In this document: positions 18,595 through 27,748 of the stretch, one piece after another
Position numbering within the stretch: the first letter of the stretch is position 1
Layout of the letters: each line of letters starts with the position of its first letter
Origin: Bacteroidota bacterium
GTDB lineage: Bacteria > Bacteroidota > Bacteroidia > Chitinophagales > Chitinophagaceae
Length of the DNA stretch: 64,000 bases
Assembly (NCBI GenBank): GCA_013289175.1
Contig: JABDAN010000006.1
Coordinates: 18,988-82,987, forward strand
Direction of reading: 5' to 3'
Translations under genes and position numbers: made by a program
Notes under the pieces: model-generated
What the model saw: the letters and a program-made list of their open reading frames with translations, nothing else
Told to the model about the DNA's origin: nothing
Databases searched by the model: none

Positions 18595-19956
18595 TCATTT
18601 GGAAATGATTTTGTAAACTTTTCCAGAATTACCCTGGGGTCCGAGTTGGCCGGATGTAAGCAGATAAATTTCACCGCTTTGGTCTTGTCCAAAACTTTTG
18701 AGATAGACTCCAAGACTGCCCGCTGCACTATCGATTGGAACGGTGCTGTATGTCCAGCTGCCGCTAGACGTCATATCGGCTGAAAATACTTTACCGGTAG
18801 CCATCCCGTCCGCCGATAACATGCCAAATATATATTTCCCCTGCCAGGCCGGCAACAGCGTTCCTCGATAGACAAACCCGGCGATGATTGCAATGCCTAC
18901 TCCGCCCCCTTTTGGATTGGCTGTATTCACCAATTCCAGGACCGGATCGATCAGTGGTTTCCCTGCGGTATCCGTACTCGGACAGGAAGCCCTTTCGACC
19001 AGATCGTTGTCGGTATCGAAACAATGGGTTCCTTCCTTGACATTCCACCCATAGTTTCCACCTTTGGTGACCAAGTCCAGTTCTTCATACAATGATTGCC
19101 CTTCATCCCCGACGATTAGTTCATGCGATCCGGCCATATCGAAGGAAAAACGAAAAGGATTTCGGAAACCATATGCATAAATTTCTTGTTTGGCATTGGT
19201 GCCTACAAATGGGTTGTCGGAAGGAATATTATATGGACTGCCGTTGACGTCTATCCGCAAAATATCACCCATGAGATTGGCATAGATGTCCTGGCCGTTG
19301 CCTCCGACGTTTACTGTATACCAGTCTGGGACATGGCCGTTTCCCACATCATCCATATTGCCCCCGTCTCCAATGGAAATATATAGAAACCCATCCGGAC
19401 CGAATGCCAGCGTACCTCCGTTGTGATTCAGGTAAGGGTGGTCGTCTTGAACCAGGATTCTTTCTGAACCCATGTCGGCAACGTTTGGATCGGTAGCGGA
19501 GACTTTAAATTCGGAGATCCTGGTCAGGCTGTTCCAGGTTGAACCCGGACTGCCGGGTATGGGCATACCGGGTCTTGGAGGCGCTGTATAAAACAAATAG
19601 AACTTACCGCTTGTTTTGAAATCGGGAGAGAAGGCGATGTCCAGCAGCCCCCGTTCATCGTAAGCCGGGTCCAGGGTGACCATCCTAGAGGAAATATCTA
19701 TAAAAGGAGTTGACAGTTTTTTCCCATCGGCTCCAATGATCCAGATTTGTCCCAGTTCGTCGACGACAAATAACCGCTTGGTACCATCCGGGGGCTCGAC
19801 CAGTGCCACTGGCGATACCAGGCCATCGGTAACCAGCTGCAGAGATGGTTGCTGATTGTTGGGCATTGAACTCGAATTGTCTTTTTTACAGCCATTATTG
19901 ATAACCGTCAGCAAGAGCAAAAACATCATCCCAACACCGGTAAGTATAGGTTTCAT
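18595..19956 (-). CDS. PQQ-dependent sugar dehydrogenase (GSDH family) lipoprotein
   Basis: ERGLL, NHNGG.LAFGPDG.LYISIGDGG, AYGFRNPFRFSFD, GGNYGW, SFGQD..GEIY; start moved to the ATG at 19956. Confidence 0.88.
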   Translation of the reverse strand: MKPILTGVGMMFLLLLTVINNGCKKDNSSSMPNNQQPSLQLVTDGLVSPVALVEPPDGTKRLFVVDELGQIWIIGADGKKLSTPFIDISSRMVTLDPAYDERGLLDIAFSPDFKTSGKFYLFYTAPPRPGMPIPGSPGSTWNSLTRISEFKVSATDPNVADMGSERILVQDDHPYLNHNGGTLAFGPDGFLYISIGDGGNMDDVGNGHVPDWYTVNVGGNGQDIYANLMGDILRIDVNGSPYNIPSDNPFVGTNAKQEIYAYGFRNPFRFSFDMAGSHELIVGDEGQSLYEELDLVTKGGNYGWNVKEGTHCFDTDNDLVERASCPSTDTAGKPLIDPVLELVNTANPKGGGVGIAIIAGFVYRGTLLPAWQGKYIFGMLSADGMATGKVFSADMTSSGSWTYSTVPIDSAAGSLGVYLKSFGQDQSGEIYLLTSGQLGPQGNSGKVYKIISK

Positions 19957-20212
19957 TACTACGTTATTTGTTGAAAAAAAATATTTCTCCGATCCAGGAA
20001 CCTGCCTTCTATCCAAGCGGCAGGGATATCCCTTTGGTGGAGAAACGCTGATTAAGATCTGTGGGTTGCGTATCTTTATCAGGGTAGTGAGGGCCTCGGT
20101 CAATAAAATTCCCAGGAACAATAATTGTCTAATATTTGATAAACAATGGATGTAAATTAAATTCCCCAAATAATAGACTGTTGATCATCAGATCTACCTT
20201 TAAAAAATCACT

Positions 20213-21880
20213 TTGAATAAAATCCTCCACAAGACTTTAGCCATCTTAGACAAAGAGGAGAAGAAAAAAATATGGCAACTGGCCATCGAGGATGTTTTTA
20301 CCAGCATTCTAGATATTTTCTTTCTAATAGTATTGTTGTTTCTTGTCCGATTTTATACCGAACCCCCGGCATCCCAAAACTTTCATCGATTCCAAGAAGG
20401 AAGGGAAATATTGAACAGTCATCCTATATTGTTTTTATTTTTGTTCTTGCTGCTGTTTGCAGTAAAAAACCTGCTGGGGTTTCTGGTTTCAAAGCAGCAA
20501 TATGAATTTGCTTACCGGGTGGCATCCAGAATTTCTAAAAACGCACTCCGGTCCTTTCTTGACAGTTCATATGCCGACTATGTCCATATCGATTCATCGG
20601 TAATTAACAGAAGAATAAGTCAGCAGCCGGTCGAATTCAGTCATTTTGTTTTAAACGGTTTCCAACAAATTTTTACTCAACTTGTTCTCATTGTGCTGAC
20701 AATCGCAGCCATCACGTTGTATAATCCAATACTTTTTCCTTTTCTATTGTTGATTATGATCCCACCGGTTCTATTCATTGGCGTTTTTATCAAAAAAAAA
20801 ATGAATATCAGCCGGCAGCTGGGAAAACAAACCAGCGAAAAATCGATGCAGTTCCTTCAGGAAGCTTTGACGGGATTTATTGAAAGCAATACCTATGGGA
20901 AAAATAATTTTTTCACCGACCGGTACGATAGATTTCAGTCACGCCTCAATAAATACCTGGCTGATAGAATCGTTATTCAAAACATGCCCTCCAGGATGAT
21001 CGAGGTTTTCGCGGTGTTTGGATTGTTTGTGTTGGTTGCACTCAATTATATCATATCAGGAGACAGTACCGTTCGATTGGTGACGGTGGGAGCGCTGATG
21101 ATATCAGCCTATAAGATCATACCGGGAATCGTGAAAATTATCAATACCGCCGGCCAGATCAAAACTTACTCCTTCACGACGGAAGGCTTGACGGCCGAGG
21201 CTGAAAAAAGCAATCCTCTCCAAATGGTTACGGGGATTGAGACACTGGAATTTAAAAATGTGTTTTTTAACTATGGAGACAGAAAGATCCTTAAAAATTT
21301 TTCGGTTTTCTTAACCAGGGGAGAAATGTTGGGCATATCGGGACTGTCGGGGAGAGGTAAAACCACGTTTATAAATCTATTACTGGGTTTTTTAGAGCCG
21401 GGCTCGGGCAGCATCTGGCTTAACGGAAAGCCTGCGGGTCCGGCTGAGAGGAAAGCAGCCTGGTCGCGAATCGCCTACGTAAAACAGCAGCCATTTTTGC
21501 TGCACGCATCCATAGCCGAGAACATCACTTTTCAGGAAACGGGATACGATGAACAAAAACTCTGGAAAATTCTGAACTTGACAGGACTGCAAACGACGAT
21601 TGATTCTTTTCCCCAAGGGCTGCAGACGATTGTTACAGAAAATGGGAAAAACTTTAGTGGCGGCCAAAGACAACGCATAGTATTTGCCCGTTCCTTATAT
21701 AAGGATGCGGACGTGCTCATTTTGGATGAACCATTTAATGAACTCGACAGTTCATCAGAAAATGATATGCTTCTTTGCCTTCAAAATATGGTTTCGGAAG
21801 GCAAAATAGTCTTACTGATCACCCATAACCACGCTGCTATCGAATACTGCAATAAAAAATACCTGTTGGATGAAGCTTAA
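20213..21880 (+). CDS. ABC exporter, fused permease/ATPase (MsbA/PglK-like)
   Basis: N-terminal TM domain, GLSGRGKT, FSGGQRQR, LILDEP, ITH; TTG start. Confidence 0.88.
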   Translation: MNKILHKTLAILDKEEKKKIWQLAIEDVFTSILDIFFLIVLLFLVRFYTEPPASQNFHRFQEGREILNSHPILFLFLFLLLFAVKNLLGFLVSKQQYEFAYRVASRISKNALRSFLDSSYADYVHIDSSVINRRISQQPVEFSHFVLNGFQQIFTQLVLIVLTIAAITLYNPILFPFLLLIMIPPVLFIGVFIKKKMNISRQLGKQTSEKSMQFLQEALTGFIESNTYGKNNFFTDRYDRFQSRLNKYLADRIVIQNMPSRMIEVFAVFGLFVLVALNYIISGDSTVRLVTVGALMISAYKIIPGIVKIINTAGQIKTYSFTTEGLTAEAEKSNPLQMVTGIETLEFKNVFFNYGDRKILKNFSVFLTRGEMLGISGLSGRGKTTFINLLLGFLEPGSGSIWLNGKPAGPAERKAAWSRIAYVKQQPFLLHASIAENITFQETGYDEQKLWKILNLTGLQTTIDSFPQGLQTIVTENGKNFSGGQRQRIVFARSLYKDADVLILDEPFNELDSSSENDMLLCLQNMVSEGKIVLLITHNHAAIEYCNKKYLLDEA

Positions 21881-22919
21881 AACCTTTATCATACTTTCCC
21901 CGGGTTTCCCGAAAAATGAAACGGATTCGACCTGCCTCCCTTTTCTGCAAAATTTTGTGATGGAACTAAAGAGTCAATATCCGGCTATCGAAATTGTCGT
22001 ACTTGCCTTTGACTATCCTTTTGTAGCCAAAGAATATGACTGGTATAATACGAAGGTGTTTAGTTTTAACGGGTGGCAAAAAAAAATTCTTGGAAAATTA
22101 CTCAAATGGCGAAAGGTCTGGCGAAGATTGAGTGAATACGAAAGGAACTCCGAAGTGGTAGGACTACTCAGTTTGTGGTGTGGAGAGTGTGCCTATATCG
22201 CTACCCGGTTTTCGCGATCCAAAAAGCTGCTGCATTATTGCTGGATATTGGGCCAGGATGCTAAACCGGGAAATAAATATGTGAAAAGAATGGGACCCGG
22301 GGCAAATGACCTGATCGCTATTTCTGATTTTATACAAAAGGAATTTGAAAAGAATTATGCTATTAGACCCCTCCAGGTGATACCGGTGGGAATTAAACCG
22401 GATAATATAGGACTTGCCAATAAAAAAAGAGATATCGATATACTGGGTGTCGGTTCGCTTATAAAACTAAAGCGCTATGATCAAATGATTGAAATTGTTT
22501 ATGAGGTCCGTAAGTCCTTTCCGGAAATTCGGGTTGTCATCTTAGGAAAAGGACCTGAAATGGAGAATTTGAAAAAAATGGTAGCCACCCTTGGTTTGGG
22601 AAAAAACATCACATTAACCGGCGAATTGAGTCACGCGGAGGTGTTAGAAATGATGACAAGAACGAAAGTTTTTTTACATCCATCCAATTATGAAGGCTTG
22701 GGTGCCGTCTGTCTGGAGGCATTGCAAGCTGGTTGTCACCTGATTAGTTTCGTTCGTTCCGTGGAGAATAATTTTGGCCATTGGTATATAGCGGAGTCCA
22801 AGGAGGAAATGATAGCTAAAACCTTATCGCTGTTAGGCAATCCTACCTTGCAGTTTGAATCTACCAGGACTTTTACGATTGAAGATAGCGTAAAGCGAGT
22901 GATGAATTTATACAGCTAA
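21870..22919 (+). CDS. Glycosyltransferase family 4
   Basis: VGSLIKLKR, LGKGPE, HPSNYEGLGAVCLEA (E-x7-E). Confidence 0.9.
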   Translation: MKLKTFIILSPGFPKNETDSTCLPFLQNFVMELKSQYPAIEIVVLAFDYPFVAKEYDWYNTKVFSFNGWQKKILGKLLKWRKVWRRLSEYERNSEVVGLLSLWCGECAYIATRFSRSKKLLHYCWILGQDAKPGNKYVKRMGPGANDLIAISDFIQKEFEKNYAIRPLQVIPVGIKPDNIGLANKKRDIDILGVGSLIKLKRYDQMIEIVYEVRKSFPEIRVVILGKGPEMENLKKMVATLGLGKNITLTGELSHAEVLEMMTRTKVFLHPSNYEGLGAVCLEALQAGCHLISFVRSVENNFGHWYIAESKEEMIAKTLSLLGNPTLQFESTRTFTIEDSVKRVMNLYS

Positions 22920-24007
22920 AACGAAGCGGCAATTTTCTGAAATTTATTTGAAATTGAATCAAAAGAATTTTCATTATTAAAGTGGGAGAGTACCCTTGCT
23001 TTTTCTTTTGCCATATCCATTTGACTTGTTTTTTTTAATATACCAAATAGATCTTCCGGATTTCCTGGTTCAAAAAACAAACCTGAATCTCCATTGATGG
23101 TTCGAAACGAGAGGATATTGGATAAGATAGGGATACATCCACAACTCATGGCTTCACAAAGAGCGGTGCCGCTGCCTTCATAATGGGAGGCCGATATGAA
23201 AAAGTCTGCGCTGTTAAACCAATATAATAACTGGTGGTGGGGGACTTTCCCGATAAAAAATATTTTTTCTTTTAGAGTAGATTTTTCCACCATCGCCTTT
23301 AATTCCGGCAGAAGTTCTTCCGTTTGATAGATAAAATATAGTTTGGCACCGGGTTCGCATTCGCTGAATTTGATAAAAGCAGAGAGGGCCGTTTTCGGGT
23401 CTTTATTGTGATTGAGTCGGCCGACCCATAAAAAAACCGGAGATCCGGTGACTTGCGTTTTTTCTAATGCCAGAGATTTTTCGAGGGGATAAAACAGCGA
23501 GGATACTTCGGGAAGCTCAAAGATTTTTTCCGGGGAATCTATATTACCATTTTGAACCCATTGCATTCCGGATTCAAAGGAATTGAACAAGAATGCATCT
23601 ACGCTATGGCTTGCTATTTTTTGAATCGATCTTTTCAGTCCGGAGGAAGGTTTTTCTGCATGATTTTGGACCAGTATCTTAACATTTTTCCCCAGACATC
23701 TTCTTAAGAGCAGGACCTGGATGGGGAACAAAAAGCTGCTCACCAATACGCCATCTGGTTTCAATGATTTCACAAAGCGGTTTAATTTATGAGGCAAATA
23801 TTGGATTGAATCTTTGTCTTTAACGAAATGATAGCGAATCCCGTCTCTTTCAATATCTCCTTCATAGTCTATTTGATCTATGCGGAAAATCGCATGCTCT
23901 TTTGCCATGATTTTGGCCCATCCTGTATAAAACCCGATTTTATCAATCCATTCCTCCGGGGAGTTGATTTGAGCGGAATAATTATAACTTAAAAAGACCA
24001 GTCTCAT
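22916..24007 (-). CDS. Glycosyltransferase family 4
   Basis: VGRLNHNKD, ADFFISASHYEGSGTALCEAMSCG. Confidence 0.9.
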   Translation of the reverse strand: MRLVFLSYNYSAQINSPEEWIDKIGFYTGWAKIMAKEHAIFRIDQIDYEGDIERDGIRYHFVKDKDSIQYLPHKLNRFVKSLKPDGVLVSSFLFPIQVLLLRRCLGKNVKILVQNHAEKPSSGLKRSIQKIASHSVDAFLFNSFESGMQWVQNGNIDSPEKIFELPEVSSLFYPLEKSLALEKTQVTGSPVFLWVGRLNHNKDPKTALSAFIKFSECEPGAKLYFIYQTEELLPELKAMVEKSTLKEKIFFIGKVPHHQLLYWFNSADFFISASHYEGSGTALCEAMSCGCIPILSNILSFRTINGDSGLFFEPGNPEDLFGILKKTSQMDMAKEKARVLSHFNNENSFDSISNKFQKIAASF

Positions 24008-24036
24008 ATGGCAATGATTTCTACAATGATGGACGT

Positions 24037-24969
24037 CTACAACACCAATGGATAATTGTTTCCGGCCTTAACCTGATGGAGATAATGCAGGAAGTGAACA
24101 TGAAATAAATGACCTTCCGGGTGGCTTAGTATTTTTTCATGCAGGACCTCACCCCAGAGCAACATATGACTGCCCAGGTTCAGTGTATTTTTTATTTTCA
24201 CCTCTTTGTAACTGTTTGACCAGACAGGTACAGGAAAGTTGAATAATTCCGATCTGATAATTTCAAAGGGAAGAGAGGATTTGGAAATCGAGTTTTTGTG
24301 GTGCTTACCCAGCTGGTAAATGAGGTCTTTGTATTGGAATGGCACTTCCGAGACTACGATTTTTCCGGAATCTATTATACCCTTCAGGGAAGTATTCGTA
24401 TGCCTTAGCCCGAACACATATCTTTTGACAAAGGGAATCTCGCCGACCAGATCCATGGGGAAAATATTAAAATCCGCTTGATTTCCGTAGGAAATTAACC
24501 TGACTTTTCTTGGGTAACTGTATGCTGCAGCAAATGATTTTAATTTCTTGAAACTGTGTTCCGGTTTTTTATAATGGCGCAGGAACAATACCCGGGTTTT
24601 GATAAAATTAACGTGATGGACGGAGACGCTTGTCAGTTTCAATAGAACCAGGACTCCATCGGGTTCCTTGATTTTATTAAAGTAATCCAGTTTGAGTACG
24701 GCTATGTCCTTGTTGTTCGATCCGGCGTCTGTAAAACGAATTCTATTGTCTGTACGTTCATTGGGTAATGAAATTGCCTTGTCAATGGGTAGCCAGATGC
24801 CAAAAATCACCGGATCCAAACACAATAGCCACTGTTGGGATGAAATGTCCATTTTTTGATGGTCGAATTCAAAAACAACCCTTTCATGAATGTCCTGGGG
24901 GATCGTCACAGTGGAATATTCGGTTATAGGCAAACCCCCAGATAGCAATTTATTGAGTAAATTATTCAT
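24037..24969 (-). CDS. Flavin reductase-like (FMN-binding split barrel) protein with an extra N-terminal domain
   Basis: C-terminal half PRKVRLIS...NIFPMDL...NLGSHMLLWGEV resembles the DIM6/NTAB family. Confidence 0.6.
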   Translation of the reverse strand: MNNLLNKLLSGGLPITEYSTVTIPQDIHERVVFEFDHQKMDISSQQWLLCLDPVIFGIWLPIDKAISLPNERTDNRIRFTDAGSNNKDIAVLKLDYFNKIKEPDGVLVLLKLTSVSVHHVNFIKTRVLFLRHYKKPEHSFKKLKSFAAAYSYPRKVRLISYGNQADFNIFPMDLVGEIPFVKRYVFGLRHTNTSLKGIIDSGKIVVSEVPFQYKDLIYQLGKHHKNSISKSSLPFEIIRSELFNFPVPVWSNSYKEVKIKNTLNLGSHMLLWGEVLHEKILSHPEGHLFHVHFLHYLHQVKAGNNYPLVL

Positions 24970-25685
24970 TTCCTTTTGAGTCGAATCAACGTGAAATTTT
25001 GTATGGGTTCCAAGGACAGGACATTAAAATGTGGACGCAACGCCCTTGTTATTTCTTTTGCTGAATGCAAATAAACGAGCTGACGTTTACCGTTATAGTC
25101 TACAAAGGTGGTAACGGTATTTTTAAATAAAAAGGATCGCAAGGTGCCTTTCATATTGGAATGCATGCGGTTTCTAAGACTGCTGTTCAACACGAGCGCG
25201 AATACTGTGCCTCCGGACTGGACGGCCAATGCCATCTTTCTAAATACCAGTTCAATATCCTTAATGCAGTTCAGTACCGCAAAATTGGCCAGGATGGCCT
25301 GCACTTTGTATTCAAAAGGAAATGAATCGTCCCAGTTTCTGAAATCGGTCTTGCTCTCGTCCAGGAACGAAATTTTGGCGGAGGGGTATTCTTTTTTTAT
25401 CCGGTCCATCGCAATCTTTCTCATGGCAAACGAAGGTTCGCAGAAGATGATCTGGTAGCGGTTTTGATGCATCCAGCCTATATCGAGGCCTGTGCCGCCA
25501 CCAAAATCCAGGACCCGGCCGTTTTTAACGGTTTGCGTGAATTCTTCTGCTACTTTTTGGCGGATGACGTTGTTTACTTTATCCTTACCCAAAATGGTAT
25601 CGTAATCAGAGGCGATGGCGTTGTAATACGTATTGTTTTGTCTGCTCGCTTGCACGGCACCCCATTTATTTTCTGATCGCATCAC
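24966..25685 (-). CDS. Class I SAM-dependent methyltransferase
   Basis: VLDFGGGTGLD motif I; ANFAVLNC. Confidence 0.88.
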   Translation of the reverse strand: MMRSENKWGAVQASRQNNTYYNAIASDYDTILGKDKVNNVIRQKVAEEFTQTVKNGRVLDFGGGTGLDIGWMHQNRYQIIFCEPSFAMRKIAMDRIKKEYPSAKISFLDESKTDFRNWDDSFPFEYKVQAILANFAVLNCIKDIELVFRKMALAVQSGGTVFALVLNSSLRNRMHSNMKGTLRSFLFKNTVTTFVDYNGKRQLVYLHSAKEITRALRPHFNVLSLEPIQNFTLIRLKRK

Positions 25686-25696
25686 GCAAAAAATAT

Positions 25697-26869
25697 TTAA
25701 ATGGCCACTAATTTGTTTTCGCGGTATTGAAAAGGGAGAACTATTCCTTGATGGTAGGTTTTTATTTTTTCTGCTAAAGCCGGCAAATCACCTTCCACAT
25801 ATTTTTCGGAATCACCAATGATCACTTTACTATAGCCTGAAATATCAATATGACTTTGTAGTTGGAAAAGCAGGGACTGATCAAATAACCTTATTTTTCC
25901 TTTTTGTATGATCAATAAAATATCCTCCGGATTGGTTTCAAAAACATGTTCCCAGGTAATGGCCCCCCCTTCTTTGTTAATCACGACCAGGTCCGCTTTC
26001 ATGCCGGTTTTGATCATGCCACTATTTATGTTCCACAGGGCAGCGGGTGTTTTCGTGGACATCTCAAAAAGTTCCTCTTCTGTTGTCAGTCTGAGCGATC
26101 TGGCAAAGCGGAGATGATGCCAGAAATTCCAATCTCCCGTCAGGGTAGAGTCCGTACCAAAAACGATGTCTGTGCTTTTTTTTAATTTTTTGATATCGGG
26201 TTGTTTGTCCAGCAGCAATTTATTGGATTCCGGACACCATACCAGGGCTTTAAATTTTCTGGCCTGCTCCGGGTTCATGGCAACGCCATGAATCCCAATC
26301 AGTCTTCTGCCGATCAGGTTGAATTTTATTAAGTCGTCAATTTCATTTTTTGACTGTTGGTCCGTTCCCTCTCCCGTATGGATCACCACCGGTCTGTTTT
26401 TTTGAAGCGGGTTGTTTAATTTCCACTTCCAGTTATTTTCAAATGCCGTGGAGTGCAGGTTTTGCATATTCTGCAGCACATTGATCAGCGGATTTGTTAT
26501 CGGCAATACGGGTCCGTGGTGCACAACCGATGTAACTCCGGAAAGAAGGTTTTTATAAATTCCCCAAGTTGTCCTGAGATTTTGAGGAATATTCAGCACC
26601 GCTTGAATATTGCTTTTGAAAACCTGGTGAATCTCCGTACCCCATTCGGTGTAGTTTTGGTATATGTGTTCACCCAGGGGTTGAAAGCAATTGAAATCAA
26701 GGTGGTCGTGTGAATTGATGAGTCCGGGCAGTACCAGGGCGTACTTAAAATGAATGGTAAATCGATCATGTGAACCTGACTTTTCTCCCGTGGCGCAGAT
26801 ATTTTCTCCTGCCACCGAGATATTCGTGGGATAAAGGCTATTGGGAAATATCAGGTTACTGAGAAGCAA
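25697..26869 (-). CDS. Amidohydrolase family protein (deaminase type)
   Basis: PGLINSHDHL (HxH), HTGEG (HxxE), IHGVA, WCPESN, GTDS, G..ADLVV. Confidence 0.85.
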   Translation of the reverse strand: MLLSNLIFPNSLYPTNISVAGENICATGEKSGSHDRFTIHFKYALVLPGLINSHDHLDFNCFQPLGEHIYQNYTEWGTEIHQVFKSNIQAVLNIPQNLRTTWGIYKNLLSGVTSVVHHGPVLPITNPLINVLQNMQNLHSTAFENNWKWKLNNPLQKNRPVVIHTGEGTDQQSKNEIDDLIKFNLIGRRLIGIHGVAMNPEQARKFKALVWCPESNKLLLDKQPDIKKLKKSTDIVFGTDSTLTGDWNFWHHLRFARSLRLTTEEELFEMSTKTPAALWNINSGMIKTGMKADLVVINKEGGAITWEHVFETNPEDILLIIQKGKIRLFDQSLLFQLQSHIDISGYSKVIIGDSEKYVEGDLPALAEKIKTYHQGIVLPFQYRENKLVAI

Positions 26870-27602
26870 GGTGTTTTCTTAATAAAAGTCCATAAATAAC
26901 GGGCACCCCTTGAAAACGCTCAAAAACCGGAAGGGCGTTTTGGGACACATAGTAGTGTTTCACGGTTTCATCGATAAATTTTTCTTTTTCAGCGACCTGG
27001 ATGAATCCATGCATTTCCAAAAAGTAATGCAGGTTTGGCAGAGGATGTATATAATTTACGACCGACAGGCTTTTTCTCATATGGCGGAAACTTCGCCGGC
27101 CCCCCTTTTTTAACATTTCAGGATGAAAATCTGTCAGCAGCAGGGCGCCGCCATTTTTTAAAACCCTTGACCAGGACTGGATCGCTTCCGCTGGGTTTTG
27201 GATATGGGCGATGGTCAGGGTCGTCAGCAGGAAATCAACAGAAGAATCTGCTAACCCCCCTAACCGGTTGTCGGTGGTTTGTACCGTACGGGAGCCTGGA
27301 AATTTAGCCTTAAGCCGGCTTAACATGCCAGCGGAGACATCAAAGCCTGTAAGGCTTGCCGGACTTCCCCTTTGCAGCTTCGACCAGTGCCTTCCGGTCC
27401 CGCAGCCGACATCCACCACCGTTTTGCCAGCCCAGTCGACTTGTTTAAGCAAATCGGTGACAATCTCTTCGTCCAGGTCCAGCATCAGGTTTCCGGGTTG
27501 GAAATCATAGGTTTCCGACCAGATATCATAGGCTTCCGAGGCTTTTTTTGCTGATCTGTGGGGTATTGCCCGGTGGAGTATGTTTTTGATGGCTTCAACC
27601 AT
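26856..27602 (-). CDS. Class I SAM-dependent methyltransferase (BioC-like fold)
   Basis: AYDIWSETYD, VVDVGCGTGRH, GFDVSAGML, RVLKNGG, TDFHP. Confidence 0.9.
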   Translation of the reverse strand: MVEAIKNILHRAIPHRSAKKASEAYDIWSETYDFQPGNLMLDLDEEIVTDLLKQVDWAGKTVVDVGCGTGRHWSKLQRGSPASLTGFDVSAGMLSRLKAKFPGSRTVQTTDNRLGGLADSSVDFLLTTLTIAHIQNPAEAIQSWSRVLKNGGALLLTDFHPEMLKKGGRRSFRHMRKSLSVVNYIHPLPNLHYFLEMHGFIQVAEKEKFIDETVKHYYVSQNALPVFERFQGVPVIYGLLLRKHLASQ

Positions 27603-27635
27603 AATTTCCTTGAATCCGTTCTTATAGAAAATGAA

Positions 27636-27662
27636 TACGGGAACGGAGCCGAATAGGTTGTA
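27636..27662 (-). promoter_or_regulatory. Putative ECF sigma promoter TACAAC-N17-CGTA (left-hand operon)
   Basis: One-mismatch motif about 33 bp upstream of the ATG at 27602. Confidence 0.55.
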
Positions 27663-27687
27663 TTTAAAGGATTTATTTCAAAATTTT

Positions 27688-27714
27688 TGCAACCGGCCCG
27701 TTTGAACTCCCGTA
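27688..27714 (+). promoter_or_regulatory. Putative ECF sigma promoter TGCAAC-N17-CGTA (radical SAM operon)
   Basis: Exact motif about 34 bp upstream of the ATG at 27749. Confidence 0.65.
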
Positions 27715-27748
27715 CAAACTAAGGGAAATCATTAATCTGGGGTTATCT

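Noticed and set aside
19957-20169. N-terminal extension of the GSDH ORF
   Set aside because: The lipoprotein signal begins at MKPIL (19956); the extension is a divergent promoter region.
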